64,000 nucleotides of DNA. It comes from an uncultured virus (IMG/VR IMGVR_UViG_3300042260_000394). Taxonomy: Duplodnaviria; Heunggongvirae; Uroviricota; Caudoviricetes. Below, piece after piece: positions 1-5,940 of the stretch. Below the pieces are notes generated by a model. That model did no database searches. It was given only the letters and a program-made list of their open reading frames with translations, and was not told the origin of the DNA. The number at the start of each line of letters is the position of its first letter. The first letter of the stretch is position 1. The stretch lies in the IMG/VR virus record IMGVR_UViG_3300042260_000394. One strand, 5' to 3'. A program made the position numbers and the translations under genes.

Positions 1-405
1 ATTGGTGCCACCACTTGCAGTAATCCAGCCGCGACTAACAGGTGGAACGTATGGCTTTTCAAATTGGAACTCAATACGAACTAAACCATCTTCAAGTTTG
101 GCACCACGAGGACCATCTTCAATGGCATTTGTACGTTCAATGAACTTGAATCGGTTACCGGCATTGAGATTACCATTTTTGACATAACGCTCAAGGTCAA
201 CTTCTTGTCCCGCGTTAAGAACCAAGCCACCTTCGATGACATTGTCGCCATCAATGAAGATGTTTACAAGTGCTCGAGTTGTGTTGAGGTTTTTGATTAG
301 AAAGCTATATTCGCTACCAAATGGAATATAGACTGTGTCCTTGAATTCACGGAGGATCTTGCCGTTTGCTTTTAGACTCGCAACGAGTTTTTGATTGTAC
401 ATCAT
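1..405 (-). CDS. Hypothetical protein, runs off the left end of the window (MMYNQKLVASLKANGKILREFKDTVYIPFGSEYSFLIKN...)
   Basis: Not in the ORF track. Translated by hand: open frame from ATG at 405 to position 1, AAGGA SD just upstream, TAAATA late motif at 483-488. Confidence 0.8.
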   Translation of the reverse strand, partial: MMYNQKLVASLKANGKILREFKDTVYIPFGSEYSFLIKNLNTTRALVNIFIDGDNVIEGGLVLNAGQEVDLERYVKNGNLNAGNRFKFIERTNAIEDGPRGAKLEDGLVRIEFQFEKPYVPPVSRGWITASGGTN

Positions 406-610
406 TTTTCTTCCTTTTACTGTGTACTGACTAAACACATAGTAATCTTAAAGTCAGTTGGTTGTAGCTAATGCTACAAAACTATTTAGTAGTGCCGGTC
501 TGTTCCCGACTGCCACTAAGTTACATTTTGGTACTCTTGCTTGCCCACGGATTTATCTAGCTTACCGTGCAACTCATACTGGACTCAACTTAGAGAAGAT
601 ACCGCTGCCT

Positions 611-685
611 TGGTGCGATAGACGGGACTCGAACCCGCAATCTTGAGTTTTAGAGGCTCTTGCTATGCCATTCAGCTTCTATCGC
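611..685 (-). tRNA. tRNA with CUA anticodon (amber suppressor type), encoded CCA
   Basis: Acceptor stem GCGATAG/CTATCGC + ACCA; D-arm GCTG/TAGC; anticodon loop CT-CTA-AA (anticodon 651-653); 5-nt variable loop; T-arm GCGGG-TTCGAGT-CCCGT. The anticodon stem has A27.A43 and C31.A39 mismatches and position 8 is A. Confidence 0.85.
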
Positions 686-694
686 TATGTAATT

Positions 695-723
695 ATTGTA
701 AGACAAAACAATCTAATAGTCAA
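695..723 (-). promoter_or_regulatory. Sigma70-type promoter for the tRNA
   Basis: TTGACT-17 nt-TACAAT ending about 9 nt upstream of the tRNA 5' end. Confidence 0.7.
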
Positions 724-736
724 TGATTAAGTTGTC

Positions 737-760
737 CAAAAGAAACCCGCCGAAGCGGGT
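737..760 (-). terminator. Rho-independent terminator downstream of the tmRNA locus
   Basis: ACCCGC-TTCG-GCGGGT followed by TTCTTTT. Confidence 0.85.
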
Positions 761-762
761 CT

Positions 763-838
763 TGAGTTTCTGTTACGAGGTATGTCTTACCCTAAGCGGA
801 GTTTAGGCCACTAATGCAAACTTTTTAGTTTGCATTTA
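763..838 (-). pseudogene. Displaced relic of a tmRNA tag-coding/3' segment
   Basis: TAAAT GCA AAC T AAA AAG TTT GCA TTA GTG GCC TAA reads as ANDKKFALVA* if 2 nt are restored. It is followed by a stop-codon helix and a GTAACAGAA motif paralleling GAAACAGAA in the intact copy. Confidence 0.75.
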
Positions 839-859
839 CTAAATAACACTGGAGGAACT

Positions 860-1252
860 ATGCAATATTTTACCTACTTATGGATTGACAAGTCTAGAAA
901 AATGTTTTACATTGGCATGCACGAAGGCTACGTTAATGACAATTATATATCATCTAGTAGATGGTTCAATGGCGAGTATCAGTATCGACCTAACGATTTT
1001 AAAAGAAAAGTACTTAAACTGTTTGACAATAGATCGTTAGCAAGAAAAGAAGAAGCAAGATTGCTTATGTTAGTTAAAGAGAATGAGTACGGTACTAGAT
1101 ACTATAACCTTAAAACAGGCAGGCCTAAGGGCACACCTGCATCAAACAAAGGGCAACCAATGACATTAGAACAGCGAGAAAAACTTAGTGCTGCCAAATT
1201 GGGGAAACCGTCTGCCAGAAAGGGTATTCCCAATAAAACAAAAGCTAGTTGA
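860..1252 (+). CDS. GIY-YIG (Seg-like) homing endonuclease with NUMOD3-type DNA-binding motif
   Basis: FTY...YIG motif, conserved E and YYN, C-terminal TLEQREKLSAAKLGK. GGAGG SD before ATG 860 and TAAATA at 840-845. Confidence 0.85.
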   Translation: MQYFTYLWIDKSRKMFYIGMHEGYVNDNYISSSRWFNGEYQYRPNDFKRKVLKLFDNRSLARKEEARLLMLVKENEYGTRYYNLKTGRPKGTPASNKGQPMTLEQREKLSAAKLGKPSARKGIPNKTKAS

Positions 1253-1589
1253 TTCTGTTTCCAAGTTCAACTAGCAAAACTCAGATGGGCCTAAATTAGG
1301 CGGCCATCAAAAATGCGTTATCATTTGCATTTAAAGGTTTTGCTTCTACGACCGGGAAACCCCAATCCTACGGCTTCTGCTTTGCCGAGCTGTCCACTTT
1401 GTTACTCTTTGCCCAATCGATCCTGTGTCAGGCCCATCAAAAGAAAACTAAAATTCAGGCTCTATGTCCTGGTCCCGAGTTCACACTCTTAAGGCACGTT
1501 GTACACCGTGTCTAATTTTCTTTTGGTGGACCTGGCGGGCACTGCCCCCGCGTCTTGAACTTATTTCTCATCGCTTCATACAGCAATAA
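1244..1589 (-). ncRNA. ssrA: Circularly permuted (two-piece) tmRNA, tag peptide ANDNAFLMAA
   Basis: Acceptor piece first (T-arm GCGGG-GGCAGTG-CCCGC, CAGGTCC-ACCA ending at 1524). Then an intervening segment 1436-1523 with complementary ends. Then the coding piece starting GGGCCTG at 1435, giving a G3.U70 alanine pair. Tag ORF 1296-1328. Confidence 0.93.
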
Positions 1590-1594
1590 CTTAT

Positions 1595-1623
1595 ATTATA
1601 TACTTATTTGGCCAGCTTGTCAA
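1595..1623 (-). promoter_or_regulatory. Consensus sigma70 promoter for tmRNA
   Basis: Perfect TTGACA-17 nt-TATAAT. Confidence 0.9.
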
Positions 1624-1627
1624 GCCA

Positions 1628-3334
1628 TTAGATCAGTTTAAATAATCCAAAAACACTGCCATCCCGGTTGCTATACGCAAGGTAGTTGGCGTGTGGTGCA
1701 CCAAAGTCATTTGACGAGCCAAACCATTTTGCGGCACGATCTTCGCTGGATACCTCTACCCAAGTACCTGTGCCATCTGTGTTGCCGTCAACATCTCTGT
1801 TTAGTACAAAACGCTTTGTATCACAGGAAACAAGATTATACCACCATACTTCTTCGTTTGGCGAAGTTGGTTCTGTTTCGCCAGAATACACACGTTGTTC
1901 TGCCGCAAAGTAAAGAGTAGTGCCAAACTCGTTTGATTGTTTACGGAGTTTAGCATATTCACTATCAAACGAACCATTGGCATCTTCCAACAACTCGTAT
2001 GTTTCTAAACGTGCAAGGCCAAGATTGAAAGGTACAATATTGCCATTATCTTTACGTGGTTGTAAATTTTCATCAACGTAGCAGATAAAAAATTCTTCTG
2101 CCATGTTTGGCCAACCACTGATATCCGACGAAGGAATACTAAATGTGTGAGCATAACCTCTGTGTAATTCTATAGTTGGGTTTGCATTCAAGTATACATC
2201 CTTGCGGCCATTGATAACCTGCTCGCTTGCATTGCCAGTTACTGCCCAGCAGTTGCGATCACCAATCCAAACAAAATCAAATGTTGTCTTTGGTGGTTCA
2301 ATTGTTGCTCCAGTCAATGGATTACCGCCTAAGTCAGACACATCACCTGATACTACTGTAGATGTATATCCAACTAACTTGCCGCAATAATCGTACACAG
2401 GTTCTTCTTGTGCGTAGTAAGGATCTTGTGGTGTTAGTGCATTGACTGCTAAACTGTACACTTCGGGACCTAATATTGGCAACCAGGGGTTGGCATTTGT
2501 TATACCATCTGCCTTGACAGGGTAGCTGCCAGTTTGCTTAATACTGGCCACCAATGACTGTGCTGTTGCTGTTGCACTTTTTAAATTTGGTGCATCTGGT
2601 GGGGGATAAGGTGGATTCCATTGTACTGCTGGTGGTCCTGCAAGTGTTGGCCCACCACCGGGTACATATGGCTTGCCAGTTGTTAGATCGTGCTTATGAC
2701 GAAAGTCTGGGAACAGTTGACGGTTGATTGATTTATCAAGTGCAGTCTTAACCTTTTTTAAACGCTTAACAACATTGTCTGGTACGTTGTATAGTATATT
2801 ACCTAAATTATCCACTCGTTTCTCTATACTACCTAAAATACTTTCTGGGTTGTATCCATTGCCGGCACCAAAACCGCCGTTGGCATCTAAACATACTGAC
2901 GGTTTGGCCAGGCGGCCTAGGTCGTTTAAGATTGCATTCATCTCGCGGAACTCGGCATCAATTACTTGACTAACAACATCAGGGATCTGTGGAGCTCTTA
3001 GCGGGATAGCACACATACCATCTAGTGCTAGTAAACTTTGCACTTCGGCAATAGCGGCATTGACACGAGCAAGTGTTTCAGGAATACCAGACATTGCTTC
3101 GGCTGCTTTGAGCTGATCTCGCACTTCGGATAATGCGTCTTTGAGCTCGCCTGCAATGCCGCCTTTTTCTCCACTAAGCATTTCGTCAAGGTCTACTGTT
3201 ACGCACAATAGCGGACCTTTGAGCATGTTGTTGATACCGCCAAACAAGATAGCACAAATAATGTCCTTGATTGGCTTGTTTAGAATGCCTTTGGTTGCAA
3301 CGCTTACGCCGGGGATAACTGGGATATTTGCCAT
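1628..3334 (-). CDS. Hypothetical protein, probably virion structural
   Basis: 568-aa ORF, TAAGTA late-type motif at 3342-3347, downstream of PAAR/peptidase genes. Confidence 0.6.
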   Translation of the reverse strand: MANIPVIPGVSVATKGILNKPIKDIICAILFGGINNMLKGPLLCVTVDLDEMLSGEKGGIAGELKDALSEVRDQLKAAEAMSGIPETLARVNAAIAEVQSLLALDGMCAIPLRAPQIPDVVSQVIDAEFREMNAILNDLGRLAKPSVCLDANGGFGAGNGYNPESILGSIEKRVDNLGNILYNVPDNVVKRLKKVKTALDKSINRQLFPDFRHKHDLTTGKPYVPGGGPTLAGPPAVQWNPPYPPPDAPNLKSATATAQSLVASIKQTGSYPVKADGITNANPWLPILGPEVYSLAVNALTPQDPYYAQEEPVYDYCGKLVGYTSTVVSGDVSDLGGNPLTGATIEPPKTTFDFVWIGDRNCWAVTGNASEQVINGRKDVYLNANPTIELHRGYAHTFSIPSSDISGWPNMAEEFFICYVDENLQPRKDNGNIVPFNLGLARLETYELLEDANGSFDSEYAKLRKQSNEFGTTLYFAAEQRVYSGETEPTSPNEEVWWYNLVSCDTKRFVLNRDVDGNTDGTGTWVEVSSEDRAAKWFGSSNDFGAPHANYLAYSNRDGSVFGLFKLI

Positions 3335-3344
3335 AGTCGTATAC

Positions 3345-3521
3345 TTATACTTCCTCGATGCGCTTTTTTAATTCACACTTTAGATCAATGTCACCTTTGG
3401 TGCGTCTTGCAAGTATTCCAGCTAGTATGCCTGCTGTTTTTAATGTGCCATACTTTCGTATCATTGCAACTGTAAGATCGAACCACAGCTTTTCAATGGT
3501 AGCATGCGGATCGTACTTCAT
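3345..3521 (-). CDS. Small hypothetical protein
   Basis: ATG overlaps the upstream stop (TAATG coupling). Confidence 0.6.
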   Translation of the reverse strand: MKYDPHATIEKLWFDLTVAMIRKYGTLKTAGILAGILARRTKGDIDLKCELKKRIEEV

Positions 3522-4207
3522 TAGGCCCACTTTAGATCTGGTGGCAATGACGCACCGCTTCTGCCGCCGCCATTTTGATAAGGTGCTTTGCCGTTACGAG
3601 TCGCCAATACCGCCACGCTTGAAGGACTACGGCCACCATAAGAAACGTGTACCCAACGTCCTTCAAAAATTACCTGGCTATAAGGCAAGCCTGCTTTGCC
3701 AATCCACTTGAACAGCTTCTTTGCATTTTCTACTGCATCACCATTAAGCAACTGAATGTCGGCTGCACAAGCATAAACGTGATCACTTGTATTGCTACCG
3801 CCAATGCTGGCATTAAAAGACGGTGATCTGTAGCCCGAGGAAATACTAATAGGGAAACCAGCGTCACGTATAGGGTCTAATATGTTTTTGCACAATTTTT
3901 GCCAATTACATGCAATTTGGGTAGCCGAATGTCCGCCATGTGCCTGTGGCTTGTATTTCATGTGGGAATATTTGTAGTATTTGCTACAGGCTGTGTCCCA
4001 CATTGCATCTGTGTACGCTGAACAATCAGTATTATCCGCAGGAGGTGGCTCACCTGGGGGCTGACTATCTTCTCCTGCACCCGGGCCCATTGTTGCCGCT
4101 ACGTCAGCTCGTGCGGCTTCGTCACCTTCGGGCGTGTTTGGGTAGTATATAACCCCGCTTTCAGTTGTTAGTCTTGCACCTCTGCCAGGCGCTTTTGCAT
4201 CGCACAT
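3521..4207 (-). CDS. Peptidase M15A-family Zn D-Ala-D-Ala peptidase (endolysin or virion-associated lysin)
   Basis: SGYRS, S-D-H-x(4)-AADI and WVHVS motifs. Confidence 0.85.
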   Translation of the reverse strand: MCDAKAPGRGARLTTESGVIYYPNTPEGDEAARADVAATMGPGAGEDSQPPGEPPPADNTDCSAYTDAMWDTACSKYYKYSHMKYKPQAHGGHSATQIACNWQKLCKNILDPIRDAGFPISISSGYRSPSFNASIGGSNTSDHVYACAADIQLLNGDAVENAKKLFKWIGKAGLPYSQVIFEGRWVHVSYGGRSPSSVAVLATRNGKAPYQNGGGRSGASLPPDLKWA

Positions 4208-4243
4208 AATGAAATCTCCCAGCTATTTATGGGAGATTTCATT
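4208..4243 (-). promoter_or_regulatory. 14-bp hairpin enclosing a late promoter and sequestering the SD of the M15 peptidase
   Basis: AATGAAATCTCCCA-TAAATAGC-TGGGAGATTTCATT directly before ATG. Confidence 0.8.
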
Positions 4244-4244
4244 T

Positions 4245-4508
4245 TTAACCAATATGTACGTCTGGGCTACCTTCTGCCCTCGAGTGCCCACATTCGTCTT
4301 CGTCACCTGCTCGATTTACAGGAATTCCTCCTATAAACACAGTAGGACTGCCATTTGCTGTCGCAGTAGGTAAGTGCAAATCGTGCCCAGATACAGTACT
4401 ACCATCAATGCTGGCCAATTGCCCATTGACATATACTGTACCTTGGGCAACATCTTCGATAACTCCACCGCCATCGTTTTGATCGCCTTGACGATGTACT
4501 GCTGGCAT
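4245..4508 (-). CDS. PAAR-repeat baseplate spike tip protein (gp5.4-like)
   Basis: MPAVHRQGD, TVYVNG, GSPTVFIGGIPVNRAGD, CGH, GSPDVHIG. Confidence 0.9.
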   Translation of the reverse strand: MPAVHRQGDQNDGGGVIEDVAQGTVYVNGQLASIDGSTVSGHDLHLPTATANGSPTVFIGGIPVNRAGDEDECGHSRAEGSPDVHIG

Positions 4509-4822
4509 TAGAACTTCATACCAGCTGGTGCAACTTGGATACCGCTCATTGCAGAACTGTATTGATCAGCAAGTTCTTTGTCGGTGTTTGCTACACACAC
4601 TACTAGAGCTTTGTTGATCTTTAGATTGCGTGTGTTGGCAGGATTAACTGTCATCAAGTAAGGAGTAAGTGCTGGGCCACCTTTGGGACCTACACTTAGC
4701 GTCACTGGACGATCGATAGTGTAAGTTGCACTATCATCTTCTTTGTAAGTACCAATAAGTTCTTCACCTGAACTCATCTTAAGAGTTACTACATCACCAT
4801 CTCGTTTTACGTCGATTAACAT
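4508..4822 (-). CDS. Small protein with probable Sm-like fold
   Basis: VVTLKMSSGEELIG beta pattern typical of Sm1-like phage proteins. Confidence 0.5.
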   Translation of the reverse strand: MLIDVKRDGDVVTLKMSSGEELIGTYKEDDSATYTIDRPVTLSVGPKGGPALTPYLMTVNPANTRNLKINKALVVCVANTDKELADQYSSAMSGIQVAPAGMKF

Positions 4823-4830
4823 TTTTTTCC

Positions 4831-5928
4831 TTATAGTTTAAATCCAGCAAAGGTATCTTTGCTTACGTCTTGTTTAATACCACCGATAACATAACTTTCG
4901 ATTTCTGTTTCCTGTGGTGCCACTTGCAGTCCTTTACTGCTTGTCCAATGATCAGTCCAAGGTAAAGGATTGTCATTTGCGCTACGTTCGTAACGTGTTT
5001 CTACGCCAAGGCCTTTGAGTCGCTTGTTGGCAATGTGTTCGACATACTGATGCAATAGCTTTGCGTTAAGACCAACAATAGCGCCACGGCTAAACAAATA
5101 GTCCGCCCATTCTTTTTCTTCAGCTACAACCAAGTCATAGATGGCACCAATCTCGCCAATTAACTCATTGGCAATTTCTTGCATCTCTGGATCGTCACCT
5201 TTGAACCAGTTCTTGATAATGTGTGTTGTAATACTTAGATGTTGGCTTTCGTCTCGAGCAATAAGACTAATAATCTTTGCCGAGCCTTCCATCTTCTTTA
5301 GTTCGCCAAACGCAAAGGAGCAAGCAAACGATACATAGAATCGAAGTGCTTCAAGTGCATTGACATTGACCATTGCCAAGAACAACTTCTTCTTGACTGC
5401 TCGCAAGGTGCCTTTGCCAGCATAGAAATACTGTGACGCTGTTTCGATAAAGTCGTCGTATGCTTTGGTCACTGATTTGGCGCGAGCAATGATCTTAGCA
5501 TCGTCAAGCATGGTGTCAAACACTTCGCTTGGATTTGAGTAGATGTTCTTGATAATGTGCGTGTAGCTACGACTGTGAATGTTTTCAAAAAACTGCCAGG
5601 TGTTCATGCAGCCTTCAAGTTCGGGTAACGAACAGAATGGCATAAACGCCATTGCTGGACCACGACCTTGTACGCTGTCAAGTAGAATTTGATACTTTAG
5701 GTTGGCAGTAAAGATAAACTTTTGTTCATCACGAAAGTCAAGATAATCACTGCGATCTTTTTGCAATGACACTTCTTCTGGGCGCCAGAAGTATCCAAGT
5801 TGAGTTTGCGTTAGCTTATCAAACACTGGATACTTGAAAGTGTCAAATCGTTGGGCATTGAGTGCTTCGCCAAAAAACATAGGTTGTTTGGTAAAGTCTA
5901 CTTTGTCCTTATTAAAAACTGTTGCCAC
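4831..5928 (-). CDS. nrdB: Ribonucleotide reductase class Ia beta subunit
   Basis: FWRPEEV, LDSVQGR, ENIHSRSYTH, EALRFYVSF, RDESQH, QETEIESY. Confidence 0.97.
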   Translation of the reverse strand: MATVFNKDKVDFTKQPMFFGEALNAQRFDTFKYPVFDKLTQTQLGYFWRPEEVSLQKDRSDYLDFRDEQKFIFTANLKYQILLDSVQGRGPAMAFMPFCSLPELEGCMNTWQFFENIHSRSYTHIIKNIYSNPSEVFDTMLDDAKIIARAKSVTKAYDDFIETASQYFYAGKGTLRAVKKKLFLAMVNVNALEALRFYVSFACSFAFGELKKMEGSAKIISLIARDESQHLSITTHIIKNWFKGDDPEMQEIANELIGEIGAIYDLVVAEEKEWADYLFSRGAIVGLNAKLLHQYVEHIANKRLKGLGVETRYERSANDNPLPWTDHWTSSKGLQVAPQETEIESYVIGGIKQDVSKDTFAGFKL

Positions 5929-5940
5929 TTTCTTGTTTCC

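Noticed and set aside
490..610. HDV-like theta ribozyme after the suppressor tRNA
   Set aside because: I could not build P3, P1.1 or the G1 wobble by eye. Kept only as an unexplained structured region.
2..646. Plus-strand ORFs 2-187 and 458-646
   Set aside because: They are antisense to the minus-strand gene and the tRNA, with no SD.
611..685. Reading the tRNA as Arg(TCT)
   Set aside because: Centring the loop on TCT destroys the GAG/CTC stem and removes U33. Standard spacing from both the D and T arms places CTA at 34-36.
839..1323. Group I intron carrying the endonuclease within tmRNA
   Set aside because: There is no room for a ribozyme core, the ORF is antisense, and the tmRNA is complete without splicing.
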